DNA of 64,000 nt from Auanema rhodensis (taxonomy: Eukaryota; Animalia; Nematoda): positions 20,398,001 through 20,462,000 of the forward strand of contig OZ059897.1 in the NCBI GenBank assembly GCA_964057225.1, in the 5' to 3' direction. The translations under genes were made by a program, and so were the position numbers. Positions within the stretch are counted from its first letter, which is position 1; each line of letters begins with the position of its first letter. Below the pieces are notes generated by a model. The model saw only the letters and a list, made by a program, of their open reading frames with translations, was not told the origin of the DNA and searched no databases. This document shows, piece by piece, positions 24,401 through 39,663 of this stretch.

Positions 24401-27400
24401 TAATTCTTCAGGGTGAAAATCGAGGATAAAAGTGTAAACTTATATCAGTTGATATCTCGGTGCATTTTTAAGCTAGCGCAAATCTGATAACACAGATCGA
24501 CGCAGCTTAAAAATCCGCATCGAATGCACTATACTACATTGAGAAACGCTCAATACAAAAATTAGTTATGATCGTTTGAAAAATGATGCATTAGTGTATG
24601 TTGAGTTTCCATGTACACTCAACATTGCTTCCAAAAACATTTTGACAAAAATTTTTTCGAAAAATTTCAAAATAATTTAGCAAAAAGTAGATGTTTTTAG
24701 ATTCCTTTTTTCAAGGCAAAGACGATAAACAATGTAATTCAACGAAAAAATTAATTCTTCAGGGTGAAAATCGAGGATATAAGTGTAAACTTATATCAGT
24801 TGATATCTCGGTGCATTTTTAAGCTAGCGCAAATCTGATAACACAGATCGACGCAGCTTAAAAATCCGCATCGAATGCACTATACTACATTGAGAAACGC
24901 TTAATACACAAATTAGTTATGATTGTTTGAAAAATGATGCATTAGTGTATGTTGAGTTTCCATGTACACTCAACATTGCTTCCAAAAACATTTTGACAAA
25001 AATTTTTTCGAAAAATTTCAAAATAATTTAGCAAAAAGTAGATGTTTTTAGATTCCTTTTTTCAAGGCAAAGACAATGGACCATGTTATTCAACGAAAAA
25101 ATTAATTCTTCAGGGTGAAAATCGAGGATATAAGTGTAAACTTATATCATTTGATATCTCGGTGCATTTTTAAGCTAGCGCAAATCTGATAACACCGATC
25201 GACGCAGCTTAAAAATCCGCATCGAATGCACTATACTACATTAAGAAACGCTTAATACAAAAATTAGTTATGATCGTTTGAAAAATGATGCATTAGTGTA
25301 TGTTGAGTTTCCATGTACACTCAACATTGCTTCCAAAAACATTTTGACAAAAATTTTTTCGAAAAATTTCAAAATAATTCAGCAAAAAGTAGATGTTTTT
25401 AGATTCCTTTTTTCAAGGCGAAGACGATGGACAATGTTATTCAACGAAAAAATTAATTCTTCAGGGTGAAAATCGAGGATATAAGTGTGAACTTATATCA
25501 GTTGATATCTCGGTGCATTTTTAAGCTAGCGCAAATCTGATAACACAGATCGACGCAGCTTAAAAATCCGCATCGAATGCACTATACTACATTAAGAAAC
25601 GCTTAATACAAAAATTAGTTATGATCGTTTGAAAAATGATGCATTAGTGTATGTTGAGTTTCCATTTACACTCAACATTGCTTCCAAAAACATTTTGACA
25701 AAAATTTTTTCGAAAAATTTCAAAATAATTTAGCAAAAAGTAGATGTTTTTAGATTCCTTTTTTCAAGGCAAAGACGATGGACAATGTTATTTAACGAAA
25801 AAATTAATTCTTCAGGGTGAAAATCGAGGATAAAAGTGTAAACTTATATCAGTTGATATCTCGGTGCATTTTTAAGCTAGCGCAAATCTGATAACACAGA
25901 TCGACGCAGCTTAAAAATCCGCATCGAATGCACTATACTACATTGAGAAACGCTTAATACAAAAATTAGTTATGATCGTTTGAAAAATGATGCATTAGTG
26001 TATGTTGAGTTTCCATGTACACTCAACATTGCTTCCAAAAACATTTTGACAAAAATTTTTTCGAAAAATTTCAAAATAATTTAGCAAAAAGTAGATGTTT
26101 TTAGATTCCTTTTTTCAAGGCAAAGACAATGGACCATGTTATTCAACGAAAAAATTAATTCTTCAGGGTGAAAATCGAGGATATAAGTGTGAACTTATAT
26201 CAGTTGATATCTCGGTGCATTTTTAAGCTAGCGCAAATCTGATAACACAGATCGACGCAGCTTAAAAATCCGCATCGAATGCACTATACTACATTAAGAA
26301 ACGCTTAGTACAAAAATTAGTTATGATCGTTTGAAAAATGATGCATTAGTGTATGTTGAGTTTCCATTTACACTCAACATTGCTTCCAAAAACATTTTGA
26401 CAAAAATTTTTTCGAAAAATTTCAAAATAATTTAGCAAAAAGTAGATGTTTTTAGATTCCTTTTTTCAAGGCAAAGACGATGGACAATGTTATTTAACGA
26501 AAAAATTAATTCTTCAGGGTGAAAATCGAGGATAAAAGTGTAAACTTATATCAGTTGATATCTCGGTGCATTTTTAAGCTAGCGCAAATCTGATAACACA
26601 GATCGACGCAGCTTAAAAATCCGCATCGAATGCACTATACTACATTGAGAAACGCTTAATACAAAAATTAGTTATGATCGTTTGAAAAATGATGCATTAG
26701 TGTATGTTGAGTTTCCATGTACACTCAACATTGCTTCCAAAAACATTTTGACAAAAATTTTTTCGAAAAATTTCAAAATAATTTAGCAAAAAGTAGATGT
26801 TTTTAGATTCCTTTTTTCAAGGCAAAGACAATGGACCATGTTATTCAACGAAAAAATTAATTCTTCAGGGTGAAAATCGAGGATATAAGTGTGAACTTAT
26901 ATCAGTTGATATCTCGGTGCATTTTTAAGCTAGCGCAAATCTGATAACACAGATCAACGCAGCTTAAAAATCCGCATCGAATGCACTATACTACATTAAG
27001 AAACGCTTAGTACAAAAATTAGTTATGATCGTTTGAAAAATGATGCATTAGTGTATGTTGAGTTTCCATGTACACTCAACATTGCTTCCAAAAACATTTT
27101 GACAAAAATTTTTTCGAAAAATTTCAAAATAATTTAGCAAAAAGTAGATGTTTTTAGATTCCTTTTTTCAAGGCAAAGACGATGGACAATGTTATTCAAC
27201 GAAAAAATTAATTCTTCAGGGTGAAAATCGAGGATATAAGTGTAAACTTATATCAGTTGATATCTCGGTACATTTTTAAGCTAGCGCAAATCTGATAACA
27301 CAGATCGACGCAGCTTAAAAATCCGCATCGAATGCACTATACTACATGGAAGAACGCTTAATACAAAAATTAGTTATGATCGTTTGAAAAATGATGCATT

Positions 27401-30400
27401 AGTGTATGTTGAGTTTCCATGTACACTCAACATTGCTTCCAAAAACATTTTGACAAAAATTTTTTCGAAAAATTTCAAAATAATTTAGCAAAAAGTAGAT
27501 GTTTTTAGATTCCTTTTTTCAAGGCAAAGACGATGGACAATGTTATTTAACGAAAAAATTAATTCTTCAGGGTGAAAATCGAGGATAAAAGTGTAAACTT
27601 ATATCAGTTGATATCTCGGTGCATTTTTAAGCTAGCGCAAATCTGATAACACAGATCGACGCAGCTTAAAAATCCGCATCGAATGCACTATACTACATTG
27701 AGAAACGCTTAATACAAAAATTAGTTATGATCGTTTGAAAAATGATGCATTAGTGTATGTTGAGTTTCCATGTACACTCAACATTGCTTCCAAAAACATT
27801 TTGACAAAAATTTTTTCGAAAAATTTCAAAATAATTTAGCAAAAAGTAGATGTTTTTAGATTCCTTTTTTCAAGGCAAAGACAATGGACCATGTTATTCA
27901 ACGAAAAAATTAATTCTTCAGGGTGAAAATCGAGGATATAAGTGTAAACTTATATCATTTGATATCTCGGTGCATTTTTAAGCTAGCGCAAATCTGATAA
28001 CACAGATCGACGCAGCTTAAAAATCCGCATCGAATGCACTATACTACATTAAGAAACGCTTGATACGAAAATTAGTTATGATCGTTTGAAAAATGATGCA
28101 TTAGTGTATGTTGAGTTTCCATGTACACTCAACATTGCTTCCAAAAACATTTTGACAAAAATTTTTTCGAAAAATTTCAAAATAATTTAGCAAAAAGTAG
28201 ATGTTTTTAGATTCCTTTTTTCAAGGCAAAGACAATGGACCATGTTATTCAACGAAAAAATTAATTCTTCAGGGTGAAAATCGAGGATATAAGTGTAAAC
28301 TTATATCATTTGATATCTCGGTGCATTTTTAAGCTAGCGCAAATCTGATAACACAGATCGACGCAGCTTAAAAATCCGCATCGAATGCACTATACTACAT
28401 TAAAAAACGCTTAATACAAAAATTAGTTATGATCGTTTGAAAAATGATGCATTAGTGTATGTTGAGTTTCCATGTACACTCAACATTGCTTCCGAAAACA
28501 TTTTGACAAAAATTTTTTCGAAAAATTTCAAAATAATTTAGCAAAAAGTAGATGTTTTTAGATTCCTTTTTTCAAGGCAAAGACGATGAACAATGTTATT
28601 CAACGAAAAAATTAATTCTTCAGGGTGAAAATCGAGGATATAAGTGTGAACTTATATCAGTTGATATCTCGGTACATTTTTAAGCTAGCGCAAATCTGAT
28701 AACACAGATCGACGCAGCTTAAAAATCCGCATCGAATGCACTATACTACATGGAAGAACGCTTAATACAAAAATTAGTTATGATCGTTTGAAAAATGATG
28801 CATTAGTGTATGTTGAGTTTCCATGTACACTCAACATTGCTTCCGAAAACATTTTGACAAAAATTTTTTCGAAAAATTTCAAAATAATTTAGCAAAAAGT
28901 AGATGTTTTTAGATTCCTTTTTTCAAGGCAAAGACGATGAACAATGTTATTCAACGAAAAAATTAATTCTTCAGGGTGAAAATCGAGGATATAAGTGTGA
29001 ACTTATATCAGTTGATATCTCGGTACATTTTTAAGCTAGCGCAAATCTGATAACACAGATCGACGCAGCTTAAAAATCCGCATCGAATGCACTATACTAC
29101 ATGGAAGAACGCTTAATACAAAAATTAGTTATGATCGTTTGAAAAATGATGCATTAGTGTATGTTGAGTTTCCATGTACACTCAACATTGCTTCCAAAAA
29201 CATTTTGACAAAAATTTTTTCGAAAAATTTCAAAATAATTTAGCAAAAAGTAGATGTTTTTAGATTCCTTTTTTCAAGGCAAAGACGATGGACAATGTTA
29301 TTCAACGAAAAAATTATTTCTTCAGGGTGAAAATCGAGGATATAAGTGTGAACTTATATCAGTTGATATATCGGTGCATTTTTAAGCTAGCGCAAATCTG
29401 AGAACACAGATCGACGCAGCTTAAAAATCCGCATCGAATGCACTATACTACATTAAGAAACGCTTAATACAAAAATTAGTTATGATCGTTTGAAAAATGA
29501 TGCATTAGTGTATGTTGAGTTTCCATGTACACTCAACATTGCTTCCAAAAACATTTTGACAAAAATTTTTTCGAAAAATTTCAAAATAATTTAGCAAAAA
29601 GTAGATGTTTTTAGATTCCTTTTTTCAAGGCAAAGACGATAAACAATGTAATTCAACGAAAAAATTAATTCTTCAGGGTGAAAATCGAGGATATAAGTGT
29701 AAACTTATATCAGTTGATATCTCGGTGCATTTTTAAGCTAGCGCAAATCTGATAACACAGATCGACGCAGCTTAAAAATCCGCATCGAATGCACTATACT
29801 ACATTGAGAAACGCTTAATACACAAATTAGTTATGATTGTTTGAAAAATGATGCATTAGTGTATGTTGAGTTTCCATGTACACTCAACATTGCTTCCAAA
29901 AACATTTTGACAAAAATTTTTTCGAAAAATTTCAAAATAATTTAGCAAAAAGTAGATGTTTTTAGATTCCTTTTTTCAAGGCAAAGACAATGGACCATGT
30001 TATTCAACGAAAAAATTAATTCTTCAGGGTGAAAATCGAGGATATAAGTGTAAACTTATATCAGTTGATATCTCGGTGCATTTTTAAGCTAGCGCAAATC
30101 TGATAACACAGATCGACGCAGCTTAAAAATCCGCATCGAATGCACTATACTACATTGAGAAACGCTTAATACACAAATTAGTTATGATTGTTTGAAAAAT
30201 GATGCATTAGTGTATGTTGAGTTTCCATGTACACTCAACATTGCTTCCAAAAACATTTTGACAAAAATTTTTTCGAAAAATTTCAAAATAATTTAGCAAA
30301 AAGTAGATGTTTTTAGATTCCTTTTTTCAAGGCAAAGACAATGGACCATGTTATTCAACGAAAAAATTAATTCTTCAGGGTGAAAATCGAGGATATAAGT

Positions 30401-33400
30401 GTAAACTTATATCATTTGATATCTCGGTGCATTTTTAAGCTAGCGCAAATCTGATAACACCGATCGACGCAGCTTAAAAATCCGCATCGAATGCACTATA
30501 CTACATTAAGAAACGCTTAATACAAAAATTAGTTATGATCGTTTGAAAAATGATGCATTAGTGTATGTTGAGTTTCCATGTACACTCAACATTGCTTCCA
30601 AAAACATTTTGACAAAAATTTTTTCGGAAAATTTCAAAATAATTCAGCAAAAAGTAGATGTTTTTAGATTCCTTTTTTCAAGGCGAAGACGATGGACAAT
30701 GTTATTCAACGAAAAAATTAATTCTTCAGGGTGAAAATCGAGGATATAAGTGTGAACTTATATCAGTTGATATCTCGGTACATTTTTAAGCTAGCGCAAA
30801 TCTGATAACACAGATCGACGCAGCTTAAAAATCCGCATCGAATGCACTATACTACATTAAGAAACGCTTAATACAAAAATTAGTTATGATCGTTTGAAAA
30901 ATGATGCATTAGTGTATGTTGAGTTTCCATGTACACTCAACATTGCTTCCAAAAACATTTTGACAAAAATTTTTTCGAAAAATTTCAAAATAATTTAGCA
31001 AAAAGTAGATGTTTTTAGATTCCTTTTTTCAAGGCAAAGACGATGGACAATGTTATTCAACGAAAAAATTATTTCTTCAGGGTGAAAATCGAGGATATAA
31101 GTGTGAACTTATATCAGTTGATATATCGGTGCATTTTTAAGCTAGCGCAAATCTGAGAACACAGATCGACGCAGCTTAAAAATCCGCATCGAATGCACTA
31201 TACTACATTAAGAAACGCTTAATACAAAAATTAGTTATGATCGTTTGAAAAATGATGCATTAGTGTATGTTGAGTTTCCATGTACACTCAACATTGCTTC
31301 CAAAAACATTTTGACAAAAATTTTTTCGAAAAATTTCAAAATAATTTAGCAAAAAGTAGATGTTTTTAGATTCCTTTTTTCAAGGCAAAGACGATGGACA
31401 ATGTTATTCAACGAAAAAATTAATTCTTCAGGGTGAAAATCGAGGATATAAGTGTAAACTTATATCAGTTGATATCTCGGTACATTTTTAAGCTAGCGCA
31501 AATCTGATAACACAGATCGACGCAGCTTAAAAATCCGCATCGAATGCACTATACTACATGGAAGAACGCTTAATACAAAAATTAGTTATGATCGTTTGAA
31601 AAATGATGCATTAGTGTATGTTGAGTTTCCATGTACACTCAACATTGCTTCCAAAAACATTTTGACAAAAATTTTTTCGAAAAATTTCAAAATAATTCAG
31701 CAAAAAGTAGATGTTTTTAGATTCCTTTTTTCAAGGCGAAGACGATGGACAATGTTATTCAACGAAAAAATTAATTCTTCAGGGTGAAAATCGAGGATAT
31801 AAGTGTGAACTTATATCAGTTGATATCTCGGTACATTTTTAAGCTAGCGCAAATCTGATAACACAGATCGACGCAGCTTAAAAATCCGCATCGAATGCAC
31901 TATACTACATTAAAAAACGCTTAATACAAAAATTAGTTATGATCGTTTGAAAAATGATGCATTAGTGTATGTTGAGTTTCCATGTACACTCAACATTGCT
32001 TCCGAAAACATTTTGACAAAAATTTTTTCGAAAAATTTCAAAATAATTTAGCAAAAAGTAGATGTTTTTAGATTCCTTTTTTCAAGGCAAAGACGATGAA
32101 CAATGTTATTCAACGAAAAAATTAATTCTTCAGGGTGAAAATCGAGGATATAAGTGTGAACTTATATCAGTTGATATCTCGGTACATTTTTAAGCTAGCG
32201 CAAATCTGATAACACAGATCGACGCAGCTTAAAAATCCGCATCGAATGCACTATACTACATTAAGAAACGCTTAATACAAAAATTAGTTATGATCGTTTG
32301 AAAAATGATGCATTAGTGTATGTTGAGTTTCCATGTACACTCAACATTGCTTCCAAAAACATTTTGACAAAAATTTTTTCGAAAAATTTCAAAATAATTT
32401 AGCAAAAAGTAGATGTTTTTAGATTCCTTTTTTCAAGGCAAAGACGATGGACAATGTTATTCAACGAAAAAATTATTTCTTCAGGGTGAAAATCGAGGAT
32501 ATAAGTGTGAACTTATATCAGTTGATATATCGGTGCATTTTTAAGCTAGCGCAAATCTGAGAACACAGATCGACGCAGCTTAAAAATCCGCATCGAATGC
32601 ACTATACTACATTAAGAAACGCTTAATACACAAATTAGTTATGATTGTTTGAAAAATGATGCATTAGTGTATGTTGAGTTTCCATGTACACTCAACATTG
32701 CTTCCAAAAACATTTTGACAAAAATTTTTTCGAAAAATTTCAAAATAATTTAGCAAAAAGTAGATGTTTTTAGATTCCTTTTTTCAAGGCAAAGACAATG
32801 GACCATGTTATTCAACGAAAAAATTAATTCTTCAGGGTGAAAATCGAGGATATAAGTGTAAACTTATATCATTTGATATCTCGGTGCATTTTTAAGCTAG
32901 CGCAAATCTGATAACACCGATCGACGCAGCTTAAAAATCCGCATCGAATGCACTATACTACATTAAGAAACGCTTAATACAAAAATTAGTTATGATCGTT
33001 TGAAAAATGATGCATTAGTGTATGTTGAGTTTCCATGTACACTCAACATTGCTTCCAAAAACATTTTGACAAAAATTTTTTCGAAAAATTTCAAAATAAT
33101 TCAGCAAAAAGTAGATGTTTTTAGATTCCTTTTTTCAAGGCGAAGACGATGGACAATGTTATTCAACGAAAAAATTAATTCTTCAGGGTGAAAATCGAGG
33201 ATATAAGTGTGAACTTATATCAGTTGATATCTCGGTACATTTTTAAGCTAGCGCAAATCTGATAACACAGATCGACGCAGCTTAAAAATCCGCATCGAAT
33301 GCACTATACTACATTAAAAAACGCTTAATACAAAAATTAGTTATGATCGTTTGAAAAATGATGCATTAGTGTATGTTGAGTTTCCATGTACACTCAACAT

Positions 33401-36153
33401 TGCTTCCGAAAACATTTTGACAAAAATTTTTTCGAAAAATTTCAAAATAATTTAGCAAAAAGTAGATGTTTTTAGATTCCTTTTTTCAAGGCAAAGACGA
33501 TGAACAATGTTATTCAACGAAAAAATTAATTCTTCAGGGTGAAAATCGAGGATATAAGTGTGAACTTATATCAGTTGATATCTCGGTACATTTTTAAGCT
33601 AGCGCAAATCTGATAACACAGATCGACGCAGCTTAAAAATCCGCATCGAATGCACTATACTACATTAAGAAACGCTTAATACAAAAATTAGTTATGATCG
33701 TTTGAAAAATGATGCATTAGTGTATGTTGAGTTTCCATGTACACTCAACATTGCTTCCAAAAACATTTTGACAAAAATTTTTTCGAAAAATTTCAAAATA
33801 ATTTAGCAAAAAGTAGATGTTTTTAGATTCCTTTTTTCAAGGCAAAGACGATGGACAATGTTATTCAACGAAAAAATTATTTCTTCAGGGTGAAAATCGA
33901 GGATATAAGTGTGAACTTATATCAGTTGATATATCGGTGCATTTTTAAGCTAGCGCAAATCTGAGAACACAGATCGACGCAGCTTAAAAATCCGCATCGA
34001 ATGCACTATACTACATTAAGAAACGCTTAATACAAAAATTAGTTATGATCGTTTGAAAAATGATGCATTAGTGTATGTTGAGTTTCCATGTACACTCAAC
34101 ATTGCTTCCAAAAACATTTTGACAAAAATTTTTTCGAAAAATTTCAAAATAATTTAGCAAAAAGTAGATGTTTTTAGATTCCTTTTTTCAAGGCAAAGAC
34201 GATGGACAATGTTATTCAACGAAAAAATTAATTCTTCAGGGTGAAAATCGAGGATATAAGTGTAAACTTATATCAGTTGATATCTCGGTACATTTTTAAG
34301 CTAGCGCAAATCTGATAACACAGATCGACGCAGCTTAAAAATCCGCATCGAATGCACTATACTACATGGAAGAACGCTTAATACAAAAATTAGTTATGAT
34401 CGTTTGAAAAATGATGCATTAGTGTATGTTGAGTTTCCATGTACACTCAACATTGCTTCCAAAAACATTTTGACAAAACTTTTTTCGAAAAATTTCAAAA
34501 TAATTTAGCAAAAAGTAGATGTTTTTAGATTCCTTTTTTCAAGGCAAAGACGATAAACAATGTAATTCAACGAAAAAATTAATTCTTCAGGGTGAAAATC
34601 GAGGATATAAGTGTAAACTTATATCAGTTGATATCTCGGTGCATTTTTAAGCTAGCGCAAATCTGATAACACAGATCGACGCAGCTTAAAAATCCGCATC
34701 GAATGCACTATACTACATTGAGAAACGCTTAATACACAAATTAGTTATGATTGTTTGAAAAATGATGCATTAGTGTATGTTGAGTTTCCATGTACACTCA
34801 ACATTGCTTCCAAAAACATTTTGACAAAAATTTTTTCGAAAAATTTCAAAATAATTTAGCAAAAAGTAGATGTTTTTAGATTCCTTTTTTCAAGGCAAAG
34901 ACAATGGACCATGTTATTCAACGAAAAAATTAATTCTTCAGGGTGAAAATCGAGGATATAAGTGTAAACTTATATCATTTGATATCTCGGTGCATTTTTA
35001 AGCTAGCGCAAATCTGATAACACCGATCGACGCAGCTTAAAAATCCGCATCGAATGCACTATACTACATTAAGAAACGCTTAATACAAAAATTAGTTATG
35101 ATCGTTTGAAAAATGATGCATTAGTGTATGTTGAGTTTCCATGTACACTCAACATTGCTTCCAAAAACATTTTGACAAAAATTTTTTCGAAAAATTTCAA
35201 AATAATTCAGCAAAAAGTAGATGTTTTTAGATTCCTTTTTTCAAGGCGAAGACGATGGACAATGTTATTCAACGAAAAAATTAATTCTTCAGGGTGAAAA
35301 TCGAGGATATAAGTGTGAACTTATATCAGTTGATATCTCGGTACATTTTTAAGCTAGCGCAAATCTGATAACACAGATCGACGCAGCTTAAAAATCCGCA
35401 TCGAATGCACTATACTACATGGAAGAACGCTTAATACAAAAATTAGTTATGATCGTTTGAAAAATGATGCATTAGTGTATGTTGAGTTTCCATGTACACT
35501 CAACATTGCTTCCAAAAACATTTTGACAAAAATTTTTTCGAAAAATTTCAAAATAATTTAGCAAAAAGTAGATGTTTTTAGATTCCTTTTTTCAAGGCAA
35601 AGACAATGGACCATGTTATTCAACGAAAAAATTAATTCTTCAGGGTGAAAATCGAGGATATAAGTGTAAACTTATATCATTTGATATCTCGGTGCATTTT
35701 TAAGCTAGCGCAAATCTGATAACACAGATCGACGCAGCTTAAAAATCCGCATCGAATGCACTATACTACATTAAGAAACGCTTAATACAAAAATTAGTTA
35801 TGATCGTTTGAAAAATGATGCATTAGTGTATGTTGAGTTTCCATTTACACTCAACATTGCTTCCAAAAACATTTTGACAAAAATTTTTTCGAAAAATTTC
35901 AAAATAATTTAGCAAAAAGTAGATGTTTTTAGATTCCTTTTTTCAAGGCAAAGACGATGGACAATGTTATTTAACGAAAAAATTAATTCTTCAGGGTGAA
36001 AATCGAGGATAAAAGTGTAAACTTATATCAGTTGATATCTCGGTGCATTTTTAAGCTAGCGCAAATCTGATAACACAGATCGACGCAGCTTAAAAATCCG
36101 CATCGAATGCACTATACTACATTGAGAAACGCTTAATACAAAAATTAGTTATG

Positions 36154-39100
36154 ATCGTTTGAAAAATGATGCATTAGTGTATGTTGAGTTTCCATGTACA
36201 CTCAACATTGCTTCCAAAAACATTTTGACAAAAATTTTTTCGAAAAATTTCAAAATAATTTAGCAAAAAGTAGATGTTTTTAGATTCCTTTTTTCAAGGC
36301 AAAGACAATGGACCATGTTATTCAACGAAAAAATTAATTCTTCAGGGTGAAAATCGAGGATATAAGTGTGAACTTATATCAGTTGATATCTCGGTGCATT
36401 TTTAAGCTAGCGCAAATCTGATAACACAGATCGACGCAGCTTAAAAATCCGCATCGAATGCACTATACTACATTAAGAAACGCTTAGTACAAAAATTAGT
36501 TATGATCGTTTGAAAAATGATGCATTAGTGTATGTTGAGTTTCCATGTACACTCAACATTGCTTCCAAAAACATTTTGACAAAAATTTTTTCGAAAAATT
36601 TCAAAATAATTTAGCAAAAAGTAGATGTTTTTAGATTCCTTTTTTCAAGGCAAAGACGATGGACAATGTTATTCAACGAAAAAATTAATTCTTCAGGGTG
36701 AAAATCGAGGATATAAGTGTAAACTTATATCAGTTGATATCTCGGTACATTTTTAAGCTAGCGCAAATCTGATAACACAGATCGACGCAGCTTAAAAATC
36801 CGCATCGAATGCACTATACTACATGGAAGAACGCTTAATACAAAAATTAGTTATGATCGTTTGAAAAATGATGCATTAGTGTATGTTGAGTTTCCATGTA
36901 CACTCAACATTGCTTCCAAAAACATTTTGACAAAAATTTTTTCGAAAAATTTCAAAATAATTTAGCAAAAAGTAGATGTTTTTAGATTCCTTTTTTCAAG
37001 GCAAAGACGATGGACAATGTTATTTAACGAAAAAATTAATTCTTCAGGGTGAAAATCGAGGATAAAAGTGTAAACTTATATCATTTGATATCTCGGTGCA
37101 TTTTTAAGCTAGCGCAAATCTGATAACACAGATCGACGCAGCTTAAAAATCCGCATCGAATGCACTATACTACATTAAGAAACGCTTAATACGAAAATTA
37201 GTTATGATCGTTTGAAAAATGATGCATTAGTGTATGTTGAGTTTCCATGTACACTCAACATTGCTTCCAAAAACATTTTGACAAAAATTTTTTCGAAAAA
37301 TTTCAAAATAATTTAGCAAAAAGTAGATGTTTTTAGATTCCTTTTTTCAAGGCAAAGACAATGGACCATGTTATTCAACGAAAAAATTAATTCTTCAGGG
37401 TGAAAATCGAGGATATAAGTGTAAACTTATATCATTTGATATCTCGGTGCATTTTTAAGCTAGCGCAAATCTGATAACACAGATCGACGCAGCTTAAAAA
37501 TCCGCATCGAATGCACTATACTACATTAAAAAACGCTTAATACAAAAATTAGTTATGATCGTTTGAAAAATGATGCATTAGTGTATGTTGAGTTTCCATG
37601 TACACTCAACATTGCTTCCGAAAACATTTTGACAAAAATTTTTTCGAAAAATTTCAAAATAATTTAGCAAAAAGTAGATGTTTTTAGATTCCTTTTTTCA
37701 AGGCAAAGACGATGAACAATGTTATTCAACGAAAAAATTAATTCTTCAGGGTGAAAATCGAGGATATAAGTGTGAACTTATATCAGATGATATCTCGGTG
37801 CATTTTTAAGCTAGCGCAAATCTGATAACACAGATCGACGCAGCTTAAAAATCCGCATCGAATGCACTATACTACATTGAGAAACGCTTAATACAAAAAT
37901 TAGTTATGATCGTTTGAAAAATGATGCATTAGTGTATGTTGAGTTTCCATGTACACTCAACATTGCTTCCAAAAACATTTTGACAAAAATTTTTTCGAAA
38001 AATTTCAAAATAATTTAGCAAAAAGTAGATGTTTTTAGATTCCTTTTTTCAAGGCAAAGACAATGGACCATGTTATTCAACGAAAAAATTAATTCTTCAG
38101 GGTGAAAATCGAGGATATAAGTGTGAACTTATATCAGTTGATATCTCGGTGCATTTTTAAGCTAGCGCAAATCTGATAACACAGATCGACGCAGCTTAAA
38201 AATCCGCATCGAATGCACTATACTACATTAAGAAACGCTTAGTACAAAAATTAGTTATGATCGTTTGAAAAATGATGCATTAGTGTATGTTGAGTTTCCA
38301 TGTACACTCAACATTGCTTCCAAAAACATTTTGACAAAAATTTTTTCGAAAAATTTCAAAATAATTTAGCAAAAAGTAGATGTTTTTAGATTCCTTTTTT
38401 CAAGGCAAAGACGATGGACAATGTTATTCAACGAAAAAATTAATTCTTCAGGGTGAAAATCGAGGATATAAGTGTAAACTTATATCAGTTGATATCTCGG
38501 TACATTTTTAAGCTAGCGCAAATCTGATAACACAGATCGACGCAGCTTAAAAATCCGCATCGAATGCACTATACTACATGGAAGAACGCTTAATACAAAA
38601 ATTAGTTATGATCGTTTGAAAAATGATGCATTAGTGTATGTTGAGTTTCCATGTACACTCAACATTGCTTCCAAAAACATTTTGACAAAAATTTTTTCGA
38701 AAAATTTCAAAATAATTTAGCAAAAAGTAGATGTTTTTAGATTCCTTTTTTCAAGGCAAAGACGATGGACAATGTTATTTAACGAAAAAATTAATTCTTC
38801 AGGGTGAAAATCGAGGATAAAAGTGTAAACTTATATCATTTGATATCTCGGTGCATTTTTAAGCTAGCGCAAATCTGATAACACAGATCGACGCAGCTTA
38901 AAAATCCGCATCGAATGCACTATACTACATTAAGAAACGCTTAATACGAAAATTAGTTATGATCGTTTGAAAAATGATGCATTAGTGTATGTTGAGTTTC
39001 CATGTACACTCAACATTGCTTCCAAAAACATTTTGACAAAAATTTTTTCGAAAAATTTCAAAATAATTTAGCAAAAAGTAGATGTTTTTAGATTCCTTTT

Positions 39101-39663
39101 TTCAAGGCAAAGACAATGGACCATGTTATTCAACGAAAAAATTAATTCTTCAGGGTGAAAATCGAGGATATAAGTGTAAACTTATATCATTTGATATCTC
39201 GGTGCATTTTTAAGCTAGCGCAAATCTGATAACACAGATCGACGCAGCTTAAAAATCCGCATCGAATGCACTATACTACATTAAAAAACGCTTAATACAA
39301 AAATTAGTTATGATCGTTTGAAAAATGATGCATTAGTGTATGTTGAGTTTCCATGTACACTCAACATTGCTTCCGAAAACATTTTGACAAAAATTTTTTC
39401 GAAAAATTTCAAAATAATTTAGCAAAAAGTAGATGTTTTTAGATTCCTTTTTTCAAGGCAAAGACGATGAACAATGTTATTCAACGAAAAAATTAATTCT
39501 TCAGGGTGAAAATCGAGGATATAAGTGTGAACTTATATCAGATGATATCTCGGTGCATTTTTAAGCTAGCGCAAATCTGATAACACAGATCGACGCAGCT
39601 TAAAAATCCGCATCGAATGCACTATACTACATTGAGAAACGCTTAATACAAAAATTAGTTATG
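36154..39663. repeat. 5-monomer (1755-bp) tandem duplication
   Basis: Monomers 104-108 recur as 109-113: CAGATGAT at 37787/39542, with TTAGTAC, TACGAAA, ATTAAAAA and TCCGAA in the same order. Confidence 0.85.
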
